Assembly (NCBI GenBank): GCA_000934665.2
Contig: JYFJ02001628.1
Span: 54,154 to 74,153, forward strand
DNA: 20,000 bases
From: Catajapyx aquilonaris
Taxonomy: Eukaryota
Direction: 5' to 3'
This document shows, one piece after another, positions 1 to 9,417 of the stretch. The notes under the pieces were generated by a model. That model ran no database searches, was not told the origin of the DNA, and saw only the letters and a program-made list of their open reading frames with translations. A program made the position numbers and the translations under genes. The stretch's first letter is position 1. Every line of letters begins with the position of its first letter.

Positions 1-2300
1 GTATGTGTGTGAAATGTTGCTTCAAGACCAGGATAAAGTGGCCAAAACTTATTGAGACAGATTGTATAGTAATTGACAGTTAACGCCAATGCAACCCAAC
101 TCACACATAATACATGGACAATTCTTAAAATATTACAATGCTTTTAAAATCATTTCTCCGCATTTTAATTTTCTGGCTTGAATCTGAGTAGTCAACCATC
201 AGGCTCTTCCAAAGTGACTTTAATGCATTTCCCCTTCCCTGACTTAGATGGCACGCCCCGTCAACAATATCCAAACCGTAATTTACTCATCAGAAAAGGC
301 ATCCGGGCAAGTCACATTTAGGTTGATGGATGTCCCTCACTTGCGGCCACCCGGTGAGCTAACAGCCACCATTAAAATTGTCCAAAACCCCTGACGCACA
401 ACTTCTAGAAAATCACCCCAGATGAGATATGAACCCTGTAAAACGACCCGATAAGTACTCAAATTCGTCAAATAAAAAAAAAGTGGCACGTGTCCGTGAA
501 TCGATTCGCGGTCAATTGCCTCAGGTTGCTATGAGAGTTCGTCTTGGTGCATTGTCTCCTGAGAGTGGGGTACCCATGGTGTGGGTCTCTAAGGAGAGGG
601 ACTATTATCTCTGCGTTGAGTGGAACGAGATCAAGTGGAAAGCGGGTTGGTGCCGTCGGGACTCGACGACGACGACGACTGATGAGTTCTCTTGGGTGGA
701 GGCATCCAGCTTCAGCGACGCTTCTCCGATGCCTCGTTGGCAAATCGACTGCGCCGCCGGGAGGGAAGCTTTAGCCTCCGTTGCTAGCTGGTTGCTTGCT
801 ACTTGCAGATTAAAAATGACCTGCGGGACCCTGAGGGTACCAGGGACTCTTCCGGATCCATTTTGTTTCAGATCCGGCTCAAATCCGTTTCGCAACTTAG
901 GTGCGACGGTGCAGTGTGGGTCTGCATAAGGCTGGGATAGGAGTGTATGTACGCGCCACCCTGTACATTCACCCCTGTTTATACATAGGGGTGCATTGAC
1001 CTATGTTTAAAAATTTATTAAAGCCACACCCAACACGGTTATGTTGACGCTTGGGGCATTAGTAACATATTTTATCAATACAATCACGGTCAGCACTCAC
1101 TGGACACGACCCAATATTCTAATACCATATGCACCACAGGGTTAATGTCAACAAGCTCTAATTACAATCCTAAGTTTAGATAATATCCGCTGCATAATAT
1201 CGCAAAATAATTGCTAAAAATTAAAGACGCCCATCGCGATTTGCCACACCTTTGCTCCACCCATTAGCAAATCTGGCTTCAAAACCCGGATTTTTAGCCT
1301 CAAAAATAATTAATACCTGTTAAAACACATTTTCACCATTTAATTCCACCCTTTTTGACGTACCCCCCTAAAAATATATATAGCTTCACGGCATGCTGCC
1401 AACATCAGAGAGTTACCTTCATTCGGCCTGCATAATTCATGATAAAAACTTGAAACGGAAAACAAGCATTTGAAAACATTTCCGGAAACACTCAAAGCAG
1501 ACTGCATGAATTAACAGCGGGTGGGCCGCCCCCGGGTGGGCCCAGACACCGCCGCAACATTTCATAGCCCTAGGGCTAGAGTGCAAAGGTTGCGTGCATG
1601 TACGGACACCGCAGCATAATACGATTAACCTGTGGCCTAGATGCTGATAGAGAGAGGGGGTTTTTAAAAAAATGGTGGGAGGACAACAAACAACAAAAAT
1701 GGTTTCTAGGGAGCGTCAACGGGGCAGAAAAAGGTTGGAAGTTTGAACGTGCCGGTCGTGTCTTCGCCCATTTCCTTTCGCTTGCCATTTCCCTCCCTCA
1801 ACTTCATTACTGGAGAGACTATTTCCTGCTTTCTGATGAGCCTCCGGAATTGCAAGTTGGCCTTGCCGTTGCACCAAGGGGGGATAGGAGGGAGACTAGA
1901 GATCCTCAGATCTATCGAGGGGGTGTTTGGCACGGTTCGATTTATATCAAAAAAGTTGGCCCAGGTGTTCAGGTGAAACATATATCGTCTTTACATATAC
2001 GGCGCATTACAGAATACAGAGTGGCAACTTTATTCCAGACAGTTCAGCGGAACGTCAACAACATAATTCAGGGTGGTAGGGCCTACTGTACGCACTGCCT
2101 AAGGTGAACCAACAACGGAGTGGAATTTTTAAAAAAGGTGGATTATTCAATACCATACGTGACTGCTGTTGAGTATACGCACTTGAGGTAAACAACCTAT
2201 CGTGTAATACTGGAGGTGTCAATGTACGTCCGGTTGCACGCCTGCAGAAAACATTTTCCGGCTGGGGAAAATTCAGCGGTGTGTGACCCATTCTTGTCAA

Positions 2301-2476
2301 CACTGAATAATTCAAAGGGGTTAACCACTTCGGTATACTCCGGTGTACAACTGCAGTGCTACTCCCAGGTACTCTTTATAGGTACCTTACTCTTTGGTAG
2401 AATCCTTGGTACTCTTTGAATTTGGTACTCCAGGGTACACTTTACAGTCGAGTGGTTAACTCCTTGAATAATTCAG
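2301..2476. mobile_element. MITE-like element with imperfect terminal inverted repeats (possibly non-autonomous CACTA type)
   Basis: The left arm CTGAATAATTCAAAGGGGTTAACCACTTCG (2303-2332) matches the reverse complement of 2449-2476, CTGAATTATTCAAGGAGTTAACCACTCG. The left end reads CACTG, and GGTAC(TC) motifs recur internally. No clear TSD. Confidence 0.5.
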
Positions 2477-2846
2477 GCACCAATACATTTCAGCAATACG
2501 TCAGTGTATTTAAGACGGACAATATATTGATAATAATCGAGGAGGATGGCCTGGGAGGCGGTATTTCCAGGCCTACAGTAGGTTTGCGCGCGCTGGGTGG
2601 GGCAATGACGGGAGGGGGAGGAGGCGTCGTCGACGTCGGCGTGTTGGTGCTGGTGGTCGGGGGCCGGCGCCCAGTGCGCGGAGGGCGGGCAATCGGGATA
2701 GCGGGTGGTGCGGTGGTGGCCACCGCGCGGATGGCGCGTACGGCGTCCGGACGACGGAGGTGACGACGCCGGCGACGCCGCGAACCTGGGAGGTCGGTCG
2801 CGAGGCGTGCGGAGCAGCGGCGCCCGCCGACGACCGCAGCGCCGCC

Positions 2847-2870
2847 ATGGCGACGCCCGCCGCCGCCTGA
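2847..2870 (+). promoter_or_regulatory. Upstream ORF MATPAAA* in perfect Kozak context
   Basis: GCCGCCATGG at 2841-2850. ATG GCG ACG CCC GCC GCC GCC TGA ends 7 nt before the neuroligin ATG at 2878 and is out of frame with it. Confidence 0.6.
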
Positions 2871-2877
2871 GGGCGCC

Positions 2878-3457
2878 ATGCCGGGGCCGCGGCGCGCGCG
2901 ACGTCGACGAAGACGACGCCCGGCCCTACCCGACACCACCGTACCCGCTGACCAACCTTCCTTTCCTACACTGCCGGCGTCGTCGTCGACGTCCACTGGG
3001 ACGCGCTCTTGTTCTTGGTTTTTTCTGGTGCTGGTGCTGGCGGTTGCGTCGGTTGCGTCGGGTGCTGGCAGTGGTGGTGTCGGGGCAGCAGCAGCATCCG
3101 CGGGTTCACCTTCGCGAGTGGTGCGGACCAAGTACGGACGCCTGCAAGGACGTGTGGTGTCAGCCGAAAGCAGGCACCTTAGGCCCGTCGAGGCCTTCCT
3201 GGGAGTACCTTACGCCTCCCCGCCCGTGGGCACGCTCCGGTTCATGCCCCCGGTCACGGCCGCCCCATGGAGCGGAATCCGTTCCGCGGATCACTTCCCG
3301 CCAGCCTGTCCGCAACGGCTGCCGGACCTGCGGAACGAAACTGCCGCGCTCCAACGCATGCCCCGGGGCCGACTCGAGGCCCTCAGGAGGCTCCTTCCGC
3401 TCCTGGTCAACCAGAGCGAAGACTGTCTCTACCTCAACGTCTACGCGCCCGCCCCAG
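2878..3457 (+). CDS. Nlg: Neuroligin, first coding exon (signal region plus N-terminal part of the cholinesterase-like domain)
   Basis: The translation has a hydrophobic stretch FFLVLVLAVASVASG, then RVVRTKYGRLQG, VEAFLGVPYASPPVGTLRFMPP, W..IR.AD.FPPACPQ, the arthropod-neuroligin-like segment LPDLRNETAALQRMPRGRLEALRRLLPLL, and NQSEDCLYLNVYAP (type-B carboxylesterase signature). It ends at CAG|GTGCGA (GT at 3458-3459), phase 1. An in-frame TGA at 2761 lies upstream of the ATG. The paralogue cannot be assigned. Confidence 0.92.
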
Positions 3458-3756
3458 GTGCGACCCTTTGCATGCACAAACCGGTTGAGCAGGTGAAACA
3501 GTTTGTGTGATGCGCTATTGGGGACGGTTCACACGTGCCAAATAGCGCATCACCTATTGGCACACCTGCTGGTCCAGCCAATGGTGCCAATATCCGGCTC
3601 CCACCAAGGGTGACCCTGTGACCTGTCCTCTCAGCTCCCTCCTCAGCCTCCCAACCAGCACCAACCACCCAGCAAGGTCGCTATTGATCAACACGCGGGG
3701 TTGCCATTGCGGGGAATCCTAACGAAAGCCGGCAATGCAGCGGCACAGTTTTAGTG

Positions 3757-3786
3757 CGAGAGAGATAGAGGAGAGAGAGAGAGAGG
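3757..3786. repeat. Imperfect (GA)n microsatellite
   Basis: cgagagagatagaggagagagagagagagg. Confidence 0.8.
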
Positions 3787-4709
3787 ATGGCTCTCTGCTT
3801 GCTGGCACGGCTAATTGCAGCCCCACCAGAGAGAATGATGACGTTCATGTCGAGGAAACTACCAAGAGACCCTTTTCTTTCACGGGATTCCCTTCCGCTA
3901 TTAAGATCTCGCCTGCAGGCTTTGCGCCTCACATCGATTCCTACAGGAACCATTTTTTGGACATTTTTGGGTGGTGTCAACGGGTGGGCTCAAATTAGGC
4001 GCAATTATTGGGTTCAAATCTTTGTGGAATACCAGAAAAGGACAGGGGTTGGCCAACTACCCCCGTGGGAGGCTTTTTGATCAATAGTCGACTTGTTCGT
4101 AATCATCGTAATCTCTTGATCCATCGTCATGCATATGATAATCATCGGATTTGGCTGATTAGTAATCCGCAGGCGGCCAAATGAATAGTATCGGATGGTT
4201 GAGGGAGGTTCAATCGCTGTAAGATTGGAAAGAATGGTGGTCTCTACTCTCGAGTGTAACTGCAAATGATAATTCCAACAATCCAACCAAATAACAATTT
4301 GTTGGAATTATTGCTTGTTGCTGGTTGCTGGAACAGTAATTTCTCCTACCCCCCTTTTGAAACGGGGCCTTTGGGCATACCACAGGGCGTCTAGTCCTAA
4401 ATTGCACCAGAAATTGCCTTTACGACCAATCATCTAGGGGATTGCAAATTTCCGGACGACAATGCATAAAGTTTGAGTATAAATATTGGTATAGAGAAAA
4501 TATTCATAATTTTCTGTGAAACGGTGCAGGATTACCAATTAGCTCTTAATTTAAAATTGCAATTTGGGATTTAATATCGCGTGTTGATCACATACATTAC
4601 ACAAACTTTTTTTGCTGTTGCACAAGATGTCCGTTTCTCCCTTGCAATTCCGGGCATAAGTCAAGCTAATTGCACATTATGGGAACTCCGTGGGCAGCAC
4701 CATCTTCTC

Positions 4710-4746
4710 CATCATCATCACCATCGCCATTATCATCATCATCATC
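4710..4746. repeat. Imperfect (CAT)n microsatellite at the start of a pyrimidine-rich low-complexity tract
   Basis: catcatcatcaccatcgccattatcatcatcatcatc, followed by C/T-rich sequence and a poly-C run at about 4870-4882. Confidence 0.8.
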
Positions 4747-5106
4747 CTGAAATCTGAATCCTCCCTCCCCAGCATCCTTCCGCTGGCCTCTTTCTTAACC
4801 CTCCCCTTCCTCCACCCACCATTCCTCCTCGGTTCTGGGGAATTGAATTTTGGGGGCAGTGCTGCCAAACCCCCCCCCCCCCCTCCCTCTGCCTCCAAAT
4901 TGAAGGGGACAGAGGCCAAAGGGCTTTTCTGCCTTGGTGACGTCAGAAGCAGACGACGGCCTCCGAGTGGTTTTGCGCGATCAGCACTTGGGGAATGGGC
5001 GTCGCTCGTTGGGATGACAAGGGGGGTTGGGAGACTCAAACGCTCTATCTACCCATATTTTTTGCGGCCCCTACAGTGTTGCCAGGTATCTGAGAAATAA
5101 TGCTGT

Positions 5107-5239
5107 GCCTGGTTGCTGGTGACTGGGCCTGGTTGCTGGTGACTGAGCCTGGTGGCTGGTGACTGGGCCTGGTGGCTGGTGACTGGGCCTGGTGGCTAGT
5201 GACTGGGCCTGGTGGCTGGTGACTGGGCCTGGTAACTGA
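5107..5239. repeat. 20-bp minisatellite, 6 full copies plus a partial copy
   Basis: Unit GCCTGGTGGCTGGTGACTGG with period 20 from 5107 to 5226 (0-2 substitutions per copy), then GCCTGGTAACTGA. Confidence 0.95.
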
Positions 5240-5303
5240 TGACAATGATTGACCAAACTCTACCCTGGTAACTGAGAGTGATTGGCCCAAACTCTACCCT
5301 TAG

Positions 5304-5456
5304 GAGCCCGTGATACGTCCCAGCGACACCCTGTACTGGTCTTCATCCATGGAGAATCCTTCGAATGGAACGCTGGCAACCCGTACGACGGATCGGTCCT
5401 GGCCGCCTACACCGCTGTCGTGGTCGTCACCGTCAACTACCGGCTCGGCGTCTTGG
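5304..5456 (+). CDS. Nlg: Neuroligin, second coding exon
   Basis: Acceptor ctctacccttAG (AG at 5302-5303). G(3457)+GA gives Gly, keeping the frame with exon 1. Encodes GARDTSQRHPVLVFIHGESFEWNAGNPYDGSVLAAYTAVVVVTVNYRLGVL(G). HGES in place of the esterase oxyanion-hole HGGG is typical of arthropod neuroligins. Consensus donor G|GTGAGT at 5457-5462, phase 1. Confidence 0.95.
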
Positions 5457-8400
5457 GTGAGTGTCAATCTATCCCATCAACCCATCCTAGCAACTCGATT
5501 TTACGAGCGGTCCCCCCCACTAGTAAAGCCTCTAGCAGAGCCCTTACGTCACAGGCATTACACTCGGGATGGGGGATCGTATTTTTCACTTAGGGCTCGC
5601 GTTACGCCACAAATTTGCCGCTAACTGTGAGAAACATCCGTGGAGATAAATAAGAGGGGGGGGGGGGGTAACTAGACACCAGGGGGGATGTCACACCCTT
5701 GTTCTGGAATCTGGATTTTTTTTTTTGCCACTTTGCGGTGTCTTTCTTTTTAGGGGTAACAGGAAACGTGGGGGTATTGACGTCATGCTTTGTAGGGGTA
5801 TAGGGTGTACACACTGTCAAAGGTGGGATCAAAGGTGAGAATTCGGAGTATGCTTGAACCAGCGTCTGACATACTGAACCACCATATTAGTTTCCTACAC
5901 AAAGTGCGATAAGGCCCTCGCGAAGACGCGGAGTTGCCATTTCACGTGTGTGATAAAAAAGTAAGAACATTTTTTGTGAGTAGGCCCTACTCCGTCAATT
6001 TTTTAATAGTCATAATTTTGTTGACAATCACAAATCGGTAATAGGCACAGTACTTGTGTACTGCATATTAAAATTTCAAAATTAATAATAAAAGACACTG
6101 TATACTGTATCGGTTAGATTATGAACATAAATGTAACAACTCTGCACGCAGCAACGTCTTTGGTTGGAATTAAGGTCAGGACTGTCTGTAGACTGGTTCA
6201 GGTATATCCACAGGGTGAGTCGGAAGGTGGGCGGGACTGGAACCAACAGCAGTTGTCAATCGTGCTTTAGGAGCGGCTGCGGGAACCATAAAGTTATGTT
6301 AATTTAAGCTGTTAGAGGACCACTGCAAAGTCAATCCAAACATTTTGAGAGAAGCGGCGGATTGTGTCCTTCTTGCTAAATCGCAAAATAGCACTAATAG
6401 CTAAGTACTGTCATTTCGCTTATCCTGCCAAAATGGTCCTAAACTCTTAGGCATTGTTTTGTAGTTTATGGCTCCGGTTCTAAAGTTGGGTTTATGAAGA
6501 AAATCGGTGGTTATCCAAAAATGGTTAAACTACGTCTTATTTCAGAGTATTTGGTGCAAATATTAGGGTTTAGCAGGTCAATGTAAATTAATGGGGTTCA
6601 AGCCTGTCCATGCGGTTTCATCATATGGTCAATAGGTGGCTATTATATGGCCAGGCTTTTTACATTAATACTTGTACATACATGTTCTCTATGAGCGTGA
6701 GAAATTTAACAAACTGCATTTAATATGACGTGGCAATGCCAGACTTGCACTGAAGCATAACTCGCGTATACACGACTCTTGTAATAAAAGACAACCGTCA
6801 CATACTGCAGTACTTGCGGTTCCAACTGCTGCACTCCTGCTGCATAATGGGCCTGCATTAAACTTCCAAAGAGACGTAGCTGTAGTACAGGCGGAAGCTT
6901 CCTCCTGTATAATAGACTTCCCGTACAGCTCGAGAACCGAAGGGTTTCGTTTCTGCACGAGGATATTCGCAAAAGGCCATTATATCCGCCGAGTTTGCAC
7001 AGGGTTGATTATCAGGTGGTTAAAGAGGAGAAAACTGCAGTAAAAGGGACGTTTTGTAGGTTTTACTAATTTTGGAACTGATTCACTAGCCCATTTTCAT
7101 ACCGAGATACAGCCATGGTACAGGGTGTTTCAAAAAAATTGTGGTGTGGTCGTACAATGTGATTCACACCTGACGTGTGTTGCCCTAGGACAGCGACAAA
7201 CGACTGTTTATCCAGAGCATGAAGCTCATTTATGTCTTGCGGTGCACGAAGGTCTTTGAAGTTTAAGTTAGGATCCGGAGTTACAATAACATCCGGTAGT
7301 ACAATAGAATCCGCCCCATCATTGTTTTGCACTTTATACTGACCGCTTTGAGCATATAACCCACGGCACAATACCGTTTGTTCTCACAGTATCTCAAAAG
7401 CTAAAGCAGTAAAACGCGCAAAGTAACCAAACGCGACAGGGATAATTATGGATGTTGACTTCTCTCAAAATCCCTTTGAAGTTGCTTAAACTACAGCCCA
7501 TAACCTGGACCGAACATTAAATTATTTTACATCATGTGTGTGATTCGTAATTTGCAAAACATATACTGTATTTTTGTACAATTCGGCTACAGAGAATAAC
7601 GGATAACCCGTGGCGATTTTCAACGTTGGGATTAAAAATTTTAAACGCTTAAAAAGTACATGAATAGTTGAGAATTTTTTATAAAACTACTGCGAGCGCA
7701 AGTAACGCTTTGTTCGCATTAAAATTCCCGGACTCTTTAGGCCATTTGCGTTTTCAGCCGCCATGTTTTCCCCGGGCTGACATGCCATTTTCTGCTTCAG
7801 TAACAGGCCAATGGGACCGGCTGGAATATCAATTCCCATAATTCGTGTATGTGCATTACTGATATTGGAGCCAAAAAATAATGCGGTTAATAACTCCGAG
7901 GCCAACAGTCACAAATTCATAATATGCCACAAAAAAGTGTTAGCAAAATTGCTGCCGCTCCAACAAAATGTTAAGTTCGCAGCATTTTATCCGCTGTTCC
8001 CAACACAGTTTGCAAACATCCGAAACATGTGTATGGCATTTTATCTATTCACATAATGAGGCTGAAAATCTGCAATTAATTGAGTACATTTGGAAAAGCC
8101 CAAACCTAAATCTAATCGCTCTTCAGGTTTTTGGTAAATCCTCACACATCAAGGAGAGTACAAACAAATGGTCCTTTTCAAGGGCATAATCACTTGCCAT
8201 TTGATATCCCGGCCCGCCGCTTCAACACAATTTGTGCATAAATGGGGTGTCACATGTTCGCCACCAATATCCTCCGCAGGTAAGCACACACCTGGCAAAT
8301 GAATCGCCAAAATGTACATGTCATCGTGTTTTGTTGCGGTGGCAATTTACAGTCTGAATGATGCGCTGGCACGTACTACAACGGCCGTCACACTCGATGA

Positions 8401-9417
8401 GATCAACACTCCGCTGTTTCGAAAAGCTCCTCGATAAATTTTTCCGCATTGATGGATTGGTGGCAATTCACAAAGTGCAATCGCTAGGGGTCGCTCTCTA
8501 ATCGACCTGCAAACAACTCTCCATACTACTGTGTTTCCTTCGGTATATCATTCCGCACACCATATACCCCCGGATCTGCAAAAAAAAAAAAATTGCATTA
8601 AACCTAAACGCTGCCCTAGTCTGATAAAAGAGCAGCCAATATTCAGCGTGCGAATTACTTTTTTCTCCCGAACGATTCGTTTTAACTTAGCGGTTACATC
8701 GGTTGTCCGATAGCGACATGCGGTACTTATCATAGGCCCAGACTAATTACTAGTAGACACGGGAATTACATTTTGTCCGTTTTAAACCCTGAATAATTTT
8801 GTTATATGCACTTTTTAAATAAGTAGTCTGAAAGTGGGTTAGGTAGCCGTGACATGCTACAAACTTTCACATTTATTATGAGAGCGAAGCATGACTCAAA
8901 TTAAACCATTTATTGTACAGGTGTCCTACATATACGTTATTAAAATGCTAGTGCGATAACCGCACCGTGTGAATCCAATATCAAGAACATGGCGCCAGTC
9001 GATCCGAACAGAAATTGCCAATTCCTTTCCATTACTATCCAGAACTTAGACCATTGTTCTAAACGGTCAAAAATTTGGCTATACCATTTGAAAATTGATA
9101 AAGCCAAATCATCATTACGCAGTCACTGAATGTTATCAAAATCGATTCTAAAAGTTAATCCCAAAAAGCGGTTATGACTTGCGAAATTCTACATAGCTTT
9201 TTGCCTTTTCTGACTATAGTGCATATTATTCCGGAGTATAGAGCAAGGCAGCAGCAGAAGCAGGAAGGAAAGGAAAATGGAGAAAAGAGAAAAGATTCAG
9301 TTTCCATTCGGGGTCACAGAGGACGACTGTGAATACTTTCCCCCCGACGGCAAATAAAATAATGATTTCCAATATCTTTTAGGCCCGTCACCGGGAGGAC
9401 AGGCCTATAGGCCGAAA

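Larger units (their letters stand above)
2580..3460. promoter_or_regulatory. GC/CpG-rich segment covering the presumed 5' UTR and first coding exon
   Basis: Abrupt shift from AT-rich flanks to dense CG/GAC/GCC runs. The transcription start or upstream acceptor is not defined. Confidence 0.55.
3458..5303 (+). other. Neuroligin intron 1 (phase 1, 1846 bp)
   Basis: GT...AG boundaries join the two coding exons in frame. Confidence 0.88.

Noticed and set aside
429..929. 166-aa ORF and overlapping ORFs
   Set aside because: No recognisable domain. The region could be UTR, but there is no firm splice evidence.
1598..2107. 169-aa ORF and the opposite-strand PPIPPW peptide reminiscent of a LINE pre-RNase H linker
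   Set aside because: No YTDGS/RNase H or reverse-transcriptase motif was found nearby, and one short motif is insufficient.
2490..3496. Long ORFs 2490-3131(-), 2705-3496(+) and 3160-3477(-)
   Set aside because: They are shadow frames of the GC-rich neuroligin exon, with low-complexity Arg/Pro/Gly/Ala translations and no recognisable domain.
3458..3510. Continuation of the exon-1 ORF and an alternative donor CAG|GTGAAA at 3492/3493
   Set aside because: Family similarity stops at YAPAP, and that donor is phase 0, so it is incompatible with exon 2.
5107..5239. CRISPR-like appearance of the periodic repeat
   Set aside because: The units are contiguous with no unique spacers, and the context is a eukaryotic intron.
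4677..5290. ORFs over the CAT tract and the minisatellite
   Set aside because: They are open only because of repeat composition.
7119..7140. TACAGGGTGTTTCAAAAAAA, resembling a Tc1/mariner TIR end
   Set aside because: No matching partner TIR was found. The CACCCTGTA matches elsewhere share only about 9 bp.
8127..8278. AG...CAG|GTAAGC exon-like segment
   Set aside because: In the neuroligin frame it reads GFW then a stop, with no family similarity.
7570..8860. Patchy inverted similarity between about 7570-7730 and 8750-8860
   Set aside because: The matches are short, AT-rich and inconsistently spaced, and cannot be supported without a self dot-plot.
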